Of a DNA stretch of 64,000 nt, positions 1-9,277 are shown in pieces. Origin of the DNA: an uncultured cyanobacterium (GTDB taxonomy: Bacteria > Cyanobacteriota > Cyanobacteriia > PCC-9006 > JAAUQQ01); the NCBI GenBank assembly GCA_963718615.1, contig OY970368.1, positions 2,560,001 through 2,624,000 of the forward strand, in the 5' to 3' direction. A program made the translations under genes and the position numbers. The notes beneath the pieces were generated by a model. It made no database searches. It was not told the origin of the DNA and saw only the letters and a list, made by a program, of their open reading frames with translations. Every line of letters starts with the position of its first letter. The first letter of the stretch is position 1.

Positions 1-1
1 G

Positions 2-1261
2 ACCATTGCAGTCCACTCTACGGTTGATCGACGGGCCCTGCATGTCCAATTGGCCGATGAAGCAGTCTGTATCGGCGAGGCTCCCTCCAGCAAAAGTTAT
101 CTCAACATTCCTAATATTATTGCGGCGGCGCTGACCAGAGGCGCGAGTGCAATCCATCCCGGTTATGGGTTTTTGGCAGAGAATGCCAAGTTTGCGGAAA
201 TTTGTGCCGATCACCAACTCACGTTTATTGGTCCCCGTCCAGAGTCAATTCGGGACATGGGCGACAAGTCTACGGCCAAGCGAACGGTGACCCAGGTTGG
301 GGTGCCGACGGTGCCCGGTAGTGAAGGATTGGTGGAGGATGAGAAGGAAGCATTGGCGATCGCCAAACAAATGGGCTTCCCCGTCATCGTCAAGGCAACC
401 GCTGGCGGCGGTGGGCGTGGCATGCGTCTGGTGCGCCAAGAAGATGAAATGACGAAGCTGTTCCTGGCTGCACGGGGCGAAGCGGATGCCGCCTTTGGCA
501 ATCCTGGACTCTACGTCGAGAAATTTATTGAACGACCCCGCCACGTCGAAATTCAGATCATGGCGGATAGCTATGGCAATGTGGTTCATCTGGGTGAGCG
601 GGATTGCTCCATCCAGCGGCGTCACCAGAAGCTGTTAGAAGAATCTCCGAGTCCAGCGGTTAGCCCAGAGATGCGCCAACAAATGGGGGATGCAGCGATT
701 CGGGTTGCAAAGGCGATTAACTATGTGGGTGCCGGAACAATTGAGTTTCTGGTGGACAATCAGGGCAATTTCTACTTCATGGAGATGAACACTCGCGTCC
801 AAGTAGAACACCCCGTCACGGAAATGGTAACAGGCATCGATATCATTGCCGAGCAAATTCGCGTTGCCCAAGGGGAGCGCCTGCGGATGACTCAGGACGA
901 AGTGCATATTCGTGGCCATGCGATCGAGTGCCGCATCAATGCCGAGGATCCCAAATACAACTTTCGGCCTGCCCCTGGACGCATTAGCGCCTATCTGCCC
1001 CCCGGTGGCCCCGGTGTGCGGATCGACTCCCATGTGTATACGGACTACGATATTCCCCCCTACTACGATTCGCTGATTGGCAAGCTGATTGTTTGGGGAC
1101 CCGATCGCAACACGGCGATTATTCGGATGCGCCGAGCCCTGCGGGAGTTTGCCATTACTGGATTACCGACGACGATCGGGTTTCATCAAAAAATCCTGGA
1201 AAATCCTGACTTCCTCCGGGGAGATGTCTATACCAACTTTATCGAAACAATGATGGGTTGA
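2..1261 (+). CDS. accC: Acetyl-CoA carboxylase biotin carboxylase subunit (5' truncated by window)
   Basis: [45 protein letters not shown] and [11 protein letters not shown] motifs; frame open from position 2 (TIAVHSTVD...). Confidence 0.97.
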   Translation, partial: TIAVHSTVDRRALHVQLADEAVCIGEAPSSKSYLNIPNIIAAALTRGASAIHPGYGFLAENAKFAEICADHQLTFIGPRPESIRDMGDKSTAKRTVTQVGVPTVPGSEGLVEDEKEALAIAKQMGFPVIVKATAGGGGRGMRLVRQEDEMTKLFLAARGEADAAFGNPGLYVEKFIERPRHVEIQIMADSYGNVVHLGERDCSIQRRHQKLLEESPSPAVSPEMRQQMGDAAIRVAKAINYVGAGTIEFLVDNQGNFYFMEMNTRVQVEHPVTEMVTGIDIIAEQIRVAQGERLRMTQDEVHIRGHAIECRINAEDPKYNFRPAPGRISAYLPPGGPGVRIDSHVYTDYDIPPYYDSLIGKLIVWGPDRNTAIIRMRRALREFAITGLPTTIGFHQKILENPDFLRGDVYTNFIETMMG

Positions 1262-1275
1262 TAATGGGTTAAGGG

Positions 1276-3882
1276 TTAAGGAATACAGGCGTCATTGACA
1301 TCAATAAAGGCGCTAGGTTCTGGACTACCGCTCACCGAGTTCAGCAACTGGACTGGAGCGTTGTTGTTGAGCGAAGATAGGAGATCCCGAGACCGCACAA
1401 AGAACGTGGCTTGGGTGTTTGGATCCAAGCTCAAGGTCGTGAGCGCAATCCCGCTAGGCGCAACGTTGCCAGCGGTAATCACACAGGCGGTCACGCTCGG
1501 ACTCACCGCTGCGACATCAATATCAAGCATACCGCTGCTCTGACCCTGAAGCCGGTTGTTGAGGATATTCAATACCGCAATCGTTGCGGCATCACGGGCT
1601 TCGATCTTAATCGCTTGTCCTCCATTGCCGGTGATTTCGTTGTTGCTGATCCCCGCCCCCTCAATCGAGGTATTGGTCGGCCATTCCTGGAGACCGGCCA
1701 CAGCCGCTACGGAGCGAATCCCATCACCGCTGTTGTCTGTGATCCTGTTGTTGTCGAGGGTGAGTTCCTGGGAACCGGCTGAGTTGAGGCCAATATCAAG
1801 ACCAGACGCACCGTTGTTGTTAATCTGGTTGCCCCGCACAAAGATTTCCTGAGAATAGGCTGTTGTTCCAGGATCGTCCGTACCGTTCAGAACTGAGATC
1901 CCCGCACCTCCATTGTTGCTGACCGTACTGTTGGTGATGCTCACTTCCTGGGAGCCTCCGCCCTGATTGGCCTGCACCTGCATGCCGACCGTCCCATTAC
2001 TGGAGATCGTGCCTTGATCCAAGCGTACTTCTTGGGAACTTGCAGTCGCTAGTATTGAACCCTCAGCCCGAATCAGGAGACCGGTTTGGCTACTATTGAG
2101 AATCGAGTTGTTGAGTAAACCACCGTTCACGAGACCTACGCTAGTATTGGTGGTGCTGCTGGGGGCGATTGAAATAATCTGACTCGGCGTGTTGCCAGGA
2201 CTCGCCAGGGCGGCAAATTCCATGCCAATGCCGTTGTCACTGAGCTGATAGCCTGCGATCGCCAGATCAACCGCTTGCAACGTGCTGCGGTTTTCGGCAT
2301 AGATCCCCCGACCCACAGCCCCAGAAATTTCATTGTCAAACAGTGTCACATTACCACCTACATCATCTAGAAAAATGCCATTGGCCCCAGCTCCAGTGAT
2401 GCGGTTGTTGCGCAGTTCTACGTTGGTAATGCCCCTTGCGACAAAGGCATTTTGACCGGCATTTTGCAATTGAAAACCCGCGAGAACCGTGCGATCGCCC
2501 CCGGCAGTCACCAAATTCTCGCCACCGCTAACGATTGGAAAAACCCCATCTCCGGAAAGGGGCAATTTCACCCGAATACCGTCGATATAGTTGTTGGTTT
2601 GGGAGAAGGGCAATCGAACTGGCTCAGCGAGAAAACCGGGGAACGGTAAGCCTGCAAGATACTGCTCAGGGCCCTGGGACAGAACCTGGCTACGGGGAGG
2701 AATGATAAAGCTTTGAATCGGGGTGACACTCCCTTCGCCATCGACGTAGATAACCGTGTTGCCATCGCTGTAGGTGGCGGGATCGCTGGTGACTAGGGCG
2801 ATCGCCTCTTCTACTGATCCAAAGGGACGTTCAATCGTGCCCGTTCCACCCGCACCTTGGCCGAGGGTCACATGGATAAAGCGATAATCTTGTTCTTCTT
2901 CGGGGTTTTGGAGAACTTGGGTGTTGTTTTCAGAGAAGACTTCGGCTTTAGATTGGGTTGCGATCGCAACGTTAGGATTCCGGACAAGCGACTCTCGCAG
3001 GCGATAGGGGACTTCTTCGGGGAATTCGGTTCTTTGCGCCGAACGTAAACCAGGGAGACTAGCACCAATGGAGAAAGCAAGATTCGTGCCAAATTCACCA
3101 TCGTGTTGCAGGGCTAAACCCGCATTGAAATTAGGCGTAAAATTGGCCGCAAGACGCAGTTTGCCGCCGATAAATCCATCGGTTTTGTCACCATCCATAA
3201 TATAGACACCCCCATAGCCGCGCAGGTCACCTCCTTGCCAGTGGGCTAACCTCCCGCCAACTTCCGCATCAGCACCGCGCAGGGCATCTTCGATCTGCAA
3301 GACCCGCTGGCGTTGGCGTTGGCTGTTGAGGACAAGCTGGTTGCCCTGAAAACCGCTGGTGGTGAGCAGGCCTGTGTCGATATCAATCTCTTTAATCTTG
3401 TTGCTGGTGTCACCCAGGGGCAAATAACCATTAATCCGAAAATCCCAGTTGCCCAGACTTTCAAATCCCGCCCCCAGTTGATAGAAGGTGCTTTCGCGGG
3501 TGGAGCGACTGTCAACGCCGATGTAGCCGCCTGTGATGCGATGGCGATCGCCATCAAAATCCCGATACCCCAAGGCCAAATTGCCCCCCCAATGCCCCCC
3601 ATTGTCCAGCAATAGACGGAGATCGAGGAACGTGAGAGTCTCACCGGGATTTTGGCCCATGGGGACAAAGCCTTGGATACCGGTGATGCCGTCAAAGCCA
3701 GCGCTGGAGCTGTTGTGGCCAATCCCTAAGCGGGCGGGGACTCTAAGGCTTTTGGCGTCACTCAATTCCGCCGGAATGGTCTCGGTCGGCGTCGATTCGG
3801 GGGATTGGGCGATCGCCACAAAACCGCCAATACGGTTAACCAGTAGAAATAGTGAGGCCGTCAGCAGGAGAGAATTACGCAT
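1276..3882 (-). CDS. Inverse-autotransporter-like outer membrane protein with right-handed beta-helix passenger
   Basis: Likely start MRNSLLL (signal peptide). N-terminal barrel-like strands (GGNLALGYR, YQLGAGFESLG, WDFRINGYLP, RLRESLVRN) resemble intimin/invasin beta domains. GTGTIERPFGSVEEA and many NN.I..N.G.GI repeats follow. Confidence 0.7.
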   Translation of the reverse strand: MRNSLLLTASLFLLVNRIGGFVAIAQSPESTPTETIPAELSDAKSLRVPARLGIGHNSSSAGFDGITGIQGFVPMGQNPGETLTFLDLRLLLDNGGHWGGNLALGYRDFDGDRHRITGGYIGVDSRSTRESTFYQLGAGFESLGNWDFRINGYLPLGDTSNKIKEIDIDTGLLTTSGFQGNQLVLNSQRQRQRVLQIEDALRGADAEVGGRLAHWQGGDLRGYGGVYIMDGDKTDGFIGGKLRLAANFTPNFNAGLALQHDGEFGTNLAFSIGASLPGLRSAQRTEFPEEVPYRLRESLVRNPNVAIATQSKAEVFSENNTQVLQNPEEEQDYRFIHVTLGQGAGGTGTIERPFGSVEEAIALVTSDPATYSDGNTVIYVDGEGSVTPIQSFIIPPRSQVLSQGPEQYLAGLPFPGFLAEPVRLPFSQTNNYIDGIRVKLPLSGDGVFPIVSGGENLVTAGGDRTVLAGFQLQNAGQNAFVARGITNVELRNNRITGAGANGIFLDDVGGNVTLFDNEISGAVGRGIYAENRSTLQAVDLAIAGYQLSDNGIGMEFAALASPGNTPSQIISIAPSSTTNTSVGLVNGGLLNNSILNSSQTGLLIRAEGSILATASSQEVRLDQGTISSNGTVGMQVQANQGGGSQEVSITNSTVSNNGGAGISVLNGTDDPGTTAYSQEIFVRGNQINNNGASGLDIGLNSAGSQELTLDNNRITDNSGDGIRSVAAVAGLQEWPTNTSIEGAGISNNEITGNGGQAIKIEARDAATIAVLNILNNRLQGQSSGMLDIDVAAVSPSVTACVITAGNVAPSGIALTTLSLDPNTQATFFVRSRDLLSSLNNNAPVQLLNSVSGSPEPSAFIDVNDACIP

Positions 3883-3988
3883 GGGGTTAGGCAGATGCTC
3901 AGTAGGATGACTCAAAAGCGGTAGAACCGGAATATCCCTAAAGTTCCCTGATTTATTTGTTGAGAAACGAATTAGGTCGCGCAGGACA

Positions 3989-4052
3989 GCAGAGGCGGCC
4001 ATAAAAGCAGCCATAGAGGCGACTACAGAGGTGAGTAACCATAGAGGCAGCT
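3989..4052. repeat. Degenerate 12-bp tandem repeat (~5 units, consensus ATAGAGGCAGCC)
   Basis: gcagaggcggcc ataaaagcagcc atagaggcgact acagaggtgagt (aacc) atagaggcagct. Confidence 0.5.
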
Positions 4053-4633
4053 ACAATTCCTAGCGAAGTTTCTTTCTTCCAGAAATCTTGCTGATTAATG
4101 AAACTCTGTGGTTCTACCTAAGAAGAATTGCCGACGAGACCGTAGTCCTCTCAGAATAAAATTTCCTAGATTTTACGGATGAAGAAATCTTGCTCAAGTG
4201 AACACCTAAAAAGCTTTAAATTGCCGTTGATTAGGTATTCAAAGCGCCAGAGCCCTGTCTGGAAAAGATTTTTTTGCTTTTGTAACATATTTTGGCTTCA
4301 ACGCTTTGGGGCTCAAGTCTTACAGATACGTATGGTTATTTTTAGGCTCTCTTTTGTATCTGAAATTTTTAAGCTTGTGAAGAATCCGGAAGAATCATCT
4401 CAGCCAAATGTTTGATTTTTTTAATTAAGCCTTTGATGAAATCGGTCGTTCTTCGCGGGACATCTCTCTAAATTACGCAAAGAGAAAATAGAAACATCTA
4501 CGGAATCCCTTTGGGAGATCTTGGTATTCAATAGACTTCAGCAATCTGTATGGATAGGGCTCAACAGGCTTAAATATTCAGTACTGCCATTGTGCATCTA
4601 CATCAAGCTGTTTCCATTTGATCTAACAACAAG

Positions 4634-7117
4634 ATGATGAAACGCCCCCATTGGCCGTTGCGCCAGGGGCTGATTGCGCTGCTGATTTCTAGCGGTTCGG
4701 CGGCTTTGGTCGCTCCGCTGTTGGCGCAAACGGCACCTGGAACAATCATTCGCAATACATTTACAGGCACCTACGACGGGATGCAGGCCCCGGCGGTTTC
4801 CAACGAAGTGACATTAGTGATTTCTGAGGTCGCGGGGATTACGGTCCAAGCCCAGTCTCCGAGCAATCCTGGTCCTGACCCCGATGACAATCTATTTGTG
4901 GATTTTGTCATCACGAATACGGGGAACGATCCCACGACGTTTTTCCTGCCGGATACCGTTACGCTGGGCGGTGCTGGGGCAGCTTCGTTCACGGCTGGAA
5001 CCCTTGTCGTCACGAAGTTCAACGGTACTGCGCTGCCAACGCCTGTGCCTATCCCCAATGGGGGGGCCGAGACTGGAGCGTTTCCCAATGGGGGGTTGCC
5101 CGATGGGGGCTCGATTAATCCTGGTGCAACTGTTGTGGTGCGGGTACCGATTACGGTCAAAGGAACCGCGCAGAAGGGCGATCGCCTCAATGTCTCCCTG
5201 GGGAACACCACCCCTGCCGATGCCCAAAATCAGCCCTATACAGCGAATGGCGGCAGTGTTTATACGGTGGATAATGCCGGGACCGACAATGGGGATAGTA
5301 ATGGGGCTCCGGTGAATGGCGATCGCGAAGCCATGGACACTGCCTCACCCATTGTCGTTGGCGCAACTTTTCAAGCCTTTACCAAAATCCTCTTGGCCCA
5401 GACCTACAGCAATAACCAGACGCCAGGCGTAATCACCGATGACCGGCTTGATTATTGTCTAGCGCTGAACGTAGCGGATACGGTTCCCGAAGAATTAGTT
5501 GATGTGTTGCCGAGCGATCTGAATCCAACGGAGATTTCCCTCGATGGGGTGTTGGATAGCCGCGTTTTGATCGCCGATGCGATCCCAGCGAATATGCAAC
5601 TGACGGCAGCCGCACCCACAGCACCCACGAGCGTTCCGGGCTGGCAGGTCGTGTACACAACCAGCGCGCTTACCACTCCAGCCCATCAAGCGCAATGGAC
5701 CACTACCCGACCTACCACTGGGATTACCCGTGTGGGGTTCGTGATTGATCAGTCCGTTCAGCAGGGCAGCACCATCGGCGGCGGTAGCGATTGCTTTAAG
5801 TTCTCGGTGGAAGCCCAGCCCAGCTTTCCCGGTGGTCGAATTGAAAATATTGCCCAGGTATTTGGCCAATCCCAGCCGGGGCCAGTCCTGGCCAATACAC
5901 CAACCCAATTGGTTTATGACGAATCCGGGGACCAAACCCTCAACAACGGTTTGCTGCGCGACAACCCCGACCCCGAGAGCGGCGGCATTGCAGCGGCCAA
6001 TGGTGGAATCACCAACGGAGTGGCCACGCTAGAGGTGGATGGCGCGGATCCTGGTCGTGGTGCAGATCCAACGGCAAGCGATACGAATCAAGGCTTAGAC
6101 AGCGGTGATAATGCTGGAACCAAGGCCAAGGGCGGTGAAACGCTAATTTTTAATTTGGTGCCTGCGCCGATTAACGGGCCGGACCAGAAACCGGGGGCGA
6201 TCGGACCTAACAACGACAACGACGATTTCACCAGCAAACTGCTGATGCCGCCCGCTGCGCTCGACCCGGCCCTACCACTTAACGATGAGCAAACACCGCC
6301 GGTTACATTTACCAACACCGTCCGCAACAGCAGTATTACCCCCCAAGTAATTTCTTTGTTGCCGACACGACCGATCCAGCCAGACGCATTGCCTGATGGC
6401 ACGGTTGTAACGCTGACCAATCCGGTCAATGGCCAAACCGCCACCTATCGCTATACCGCAGCCGGTGGGTTTGAGTTTGTCTCCGGTGCAGGGGGTCCTA
6501 GCGCAACCCAGCCGGTTCAGCTTCAGGTCGGCACAGGCGAGGCCAGTCAGGCCAGCTATACAGTCGTTGTCAACCTGCCCAGCGCCAAACAGCTACAGGA
6601 ATATCCGATTCCCATTACAGCGTTTGTGGACCAGGGCACACCGGGGTTGGACCCTGATGATCCTGCGAATGTCACAATCAATCGCCTCTACACCGGCTTT
6701 ATTAAGGTTACCAAGGAAGCCCGAATTCTAGATGAAGAGGGTACAACCGAGCTAGTTGGTTTTACCACCGATCAGTCGAAGTTAGCCCCTGAGGTCAAAA
6801 ACGATCGCTTCATCGAATACCGGCTGATCTACAGCAACCTTGCCCAAGCGCAAGGCAGTGGTGCCGACAACATCATCTTACCGGCCACTAACTTTGTCTT
6901 AACCGAAGACGGTAAAGCCAACGGCAACACCTGGTTTGAACTCACCGACGATCCCAACGCTGCCAGTCGTCCGAGCAGCGGATCGGCGACTGCGACCCTC
7001 GGGACGATCGCCACCGTCACCACCGAAGGAGACATTCAAACCTACACCGTTACCGTGCCCGACTTCCAGCCCGGTGAGAGCGGCACGCTGATCTTCCGTC
7101 GTCAAATTCAGAAATAG
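4634..7117 (+). CDS. Secreted DUF11/Ig-fold protein; candidate major fibre subunit
   Basis: Signal peptide; N-terminal TAPGTIIRNT...SNEVTLVI; Ig-like FVITNTGND; C-terminal DUF11-type domain IKVTK..IEYRLIYSN..QPGESGTLIFRRQI. Confidence 0.75.
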   Translation: MMKRPHWPLRQGLIALLISSGSAALVAPLLAQTAPGTIIRNTFTGTYDGMQAPAVSNEVTLVISEVAGITVQAQSPSNPGPDPDDNLFVDFVITNTGNDPTTFFLPDTVTLGGAGAASFTAGTLVVTKFNGTALPTPVPIPNGGAETGAFPNGGLPDGGSINPGATVVVRVPITVKGTAQKGDRLNVSLGNTTPADAQNQPYTANGGSVYTVDNAGTDNGDSNGAPVNGDREAMDTASPIVVGATFQAFTKILLAQTYSNNQTPGVITDDRLDYCLALNVADTVPEELVDVLPSDLNPTEISLDGVLDSRVLIADAIPANMQLTAAAPTAPTSVPGWQVVYTTSALTTPAHQAQWTTTRPTTGITRVGFVIDQSVQQGSTIGGGSDCFKFSVEAQPSFPGGRIENIAQVFGQSQPGPVLANTPTQLVYDESGDQTLNNGLLRDNPDPESGGIAAANGGITNGVATLEVDGADPGRGADPTASDTNQGLDSGDNAGTKAKGGETLIFNLVPAPINGPDQKPGAIGPNNDNDDFTSKLLMPPAALDPALPLNDEQTPPVTFTNTVRNSSITPQVISLLPTRPIQPDALPDGTVVTLTNPVNGQTATYRYTAAGGFEFVSGAGGPSATQPVQLQVGTGEASQASYTVVVNLPSAKQLQEYPIPITAFVDQGTPGLDPDDPANVTINRLYTGFIKVTKEARILDEEGTTELVGFTTDQSKLAPEVKNDRFIEYRLIYSNLAQAQGSGADNIILPATNFVLTEDGKANGNTWFELTDDPNAASRPSSGSATATLGTIATVTTEGDIQTYTVTVPDFQPGESGTLIFRRQIQK

Positions 7118-7126
7118 GAGACCCCC

Positions 7127-7699
7127 ATGAAACCCATTCAGTTTGCGATGAGTGCGGGGTTAGCGGCGATCGCCTCAGTCTTAGCCCTCAACAGTGCCCC
7201 TCTCTTAGCAGAAGTCCAAGCCGGAGAGAGAGGTCCGTTTCTAGCCCAGGCCCAATCCCAGGCAGAGGTTAAGCTCCAGCTCATTGCGGCCAAGCGAGTG
7301 ACCACGACCGATCCCCAAGGACAGCCCCAGATGCGCTGGCAACCCCTAGAGGGCAATGCCGCCGTTCAACCAGGCGACGTGATTCGCTTTACGCTGCGCG
7401 GTAATAACGCAGGAAAAGGCCCAGCTCAGAAGTTAGTCCTGCAACAGCCAATTCCAGCGGGAACTCAGTTTGTGCTGCAATCCGCCCGGATGGTCAAGGG
7501 CTCCTCGGAGATTCTCTACAGCATCGACCAGGGCAAAACCTTTAGCCGCACCCCCGTCGTTACCGTCACCGAAAACGGTCGTGTGGTCGAACGCGCGGCT
7601 CCCCCCGAAGCCTACACCCACATTCAGCTTCGTCTGAGCCAGTCCCTCGCGCCCCAGGCTCAGATTGAAGGGGAATACCAGGTTCGGGTCGGTTCCTAG
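7127..7699 (+). CDS. Small secreted single DUF11 (conserved repeat domain) protein
   Basis: Signal peptide; VQPGDVIRFTLRGNNAG...PIPAGTQFV...SLAPQAQIEGEYQVRV; AGGAG RBS upstream. Confidence 0.75.
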   Translation: MKPIQFAMSAGLAAIASVLALNSAPLLAEVQAGERGPFLAQAQSQAEVKLQLIAAKRVTTTDPQGQPQMRWQPLEGNAAVQPGDVIRFTLRGNNAGKGPAQKLVLQQPIPAGTQFVLQSARMVKGSSEILYSIDQGKTFSRTPVVTVTENGRVVERAAPPEAYTHIQLRLSQSLAPQAQIEGEYQVRVGS

Positions 7700-7771
7700 A
7701 CCGCTGGTGGGCGTATATCTCTTGTCCCTACGCCTTGTTTTTGACCGCACAGCTTTTTCCTAGCAATCATC

Positions 7772-9277
7772 ATGTCAACCCAACGATCCGTGCCTTTGTG
7801 GCTGCGTCGCCTTGCGGTGATGGCGATCGCCAGCGGCCTCGGGATTGTTCCGACTCCTTTGGTCGGCCTCACCCAAATCTCTGAGAGCCCTAAGGCCATC
7901 CTCAATACCGCTGCTTACACCTACCAAACCCCGGACGGCGAGACTGTTCAAGCGATTACGAATCAACTCGAACAACCCCTGATCGATCCCTTCGGGGTCC
8001 TAACCGGCTGTAACGGCGAACTGTTGCCGAGCTATCAAGGCTTTAGCGTCGGCGTCTACGATCCAGATTCCTCCGGCTTAGACCTCGGTCGCCTGACCGA
8101 TTTGACCCGCACGGAACTGCCCGACATTCCCGGTAACGGCATTTCCCGTGGCATTGCCCCCAATGGCCAAAATGCCAATCCCTTCTTTATTGGCGATGAT
8201 GGCCGCTATAGTTTCCTCCTGGATGAGAGCAAAGGTCAGCTTAATGTGGGTCGGTCCTACATCTTGGCGATTAATGCTCCGGATGGTTCGGTCTATGCCG
8301 ATCGCCGCATTCTGTTGACCATCACAGGACTTTCGGGTCGTATCCTCTCCTACCGAGCCACCGCCATTGACGGTCGGCCCCTCAGTACCCTCGACGGTCA
8401 AGATTCCGTCACGGGTGAGCTGGATCTGGAAAACGCAGAAACCCAGGGATTGGCGCTAGCGGTGCTGAATTTCTCTGCTAGTACCTGTGATGCCAGCGAG
8501 GTGCAAATTATTAAGGCGAGCGATCGCGCCGCCGCTGAACCGGGCGATACAGTTATCTATCGTCTCTCGATTCGCAATCTTTCCAGTACAACCCTCACCA
8601 GCCTAGTTACCACAGACATTCTGCCCCCTGGGTTTAAGTTTCTGGAGCGCTCGGCACGGGCCGAAGCGGGTGGCGTAGATGTACCGCTAACCGTCAGCCA
8701 AAACGGTCGCACGGTGACGTTTAATGCAGCGGCTCTCAATCTGCCCACTGCCCAAAATGGTGGAACGGCAGGGGTGCTGAATATTGCCTATGCCGCTCAG
8801 CTTACCCCGGATTCGATTCGGGGGAATGGGGAAAATCTGGCCTCGGTGCAAGGATTACGGGTGGATAATAACTTGGCCGTAAAAGATGGTCCGGCGCGGC
8901 ATAAATTGCGGGTGCGATCGGGCATTCTCTCGGACTGCGGCACAATTTTAGGCCGCGTCTTTGAGGACAAGAACTTTGACGGCGAACAGCAGCCCGGAGA
9001 ACCTGGCATTGCCAACGCCGTGATTATTCTCGACGACGGCAATCGCATCACCACGGACAAAGACGGGTTGTATTCCGTCGCTGGCGTGTTGGCAGGCCAA
9101 CGCACAGGCGTCCTGGATGCCACCTCCGTGACCGGCTACACCCTAGCCCCCAACCAAAAATTTGAAGAGCGCAACAGTCAATCTCGCCTGGTGAATCTTT
9201 CGCCTGGTGGTCTGGCGCGGATGAATTTTGCCGTCACCCCCGCTGTGAAGGAGGCTGAGCCATGCAATTGCAACTAA
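7772..9277 (+). CDS. DUF11 domain + SdrD-B-like domain secreted protein
   Basis: VQIIKASDRAAAEPGDTVIYRLSIRN..TDILPPGF (DUF11); GRVFEDKNFDGEQQPGEPGI...TTDKDGLYS (SdrD B-like). Confidence 0.8.
   Translation: MSTQRSVPLWLRRLAVMAIASGLGIVPTPLVGLTQISESPKAILNTAAYTYQTPDGETVQAITNQLEQPLIDPFGVLTGCNGELLPSYQGFSVGVYDPDSSGLDLGRLTDLTRTELPDIPGNGISRGIAPNGQNANPFFIGDDGRYSFLLDESKGQLNVGRSYILAINAPDGSVYADRRILLTITGLSGRILSYRATAIDGRPLSTLDGQDSVTGELDLENAETQGLALAVLNFSASTCDASEVQIIKASDRAAAEPGDTVIYRLSIRNLSSTTLTSLVTTDILPPGFKFLERSARAEAGGVDVPLTVSQNGRTVTFNAAALNLPTAQNGGTAGVLNIAYAAQLTPDSIRGNGENLASVQGLRVDNNLAVKDGPARHKLRVRSGILSDCGTILGRVFEDKNFDGEQQPGEPGIANAVIILDDGNRITTDKDGLYSVAGVLAGQRTGVLDATSVTGYTLAPNQKFEERNSQSRLVNLSPGGLARMNFAVTPAVKEAEPCNCN

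Noticed and set aside
4140-4505. CCGTA/TACGG motifs in the divergent promoter, and ORF 4179-4415
   Set aside because: Motifs too short and irregularly spaced to call; the ORF is AT-rich, motif-less and probably spurious
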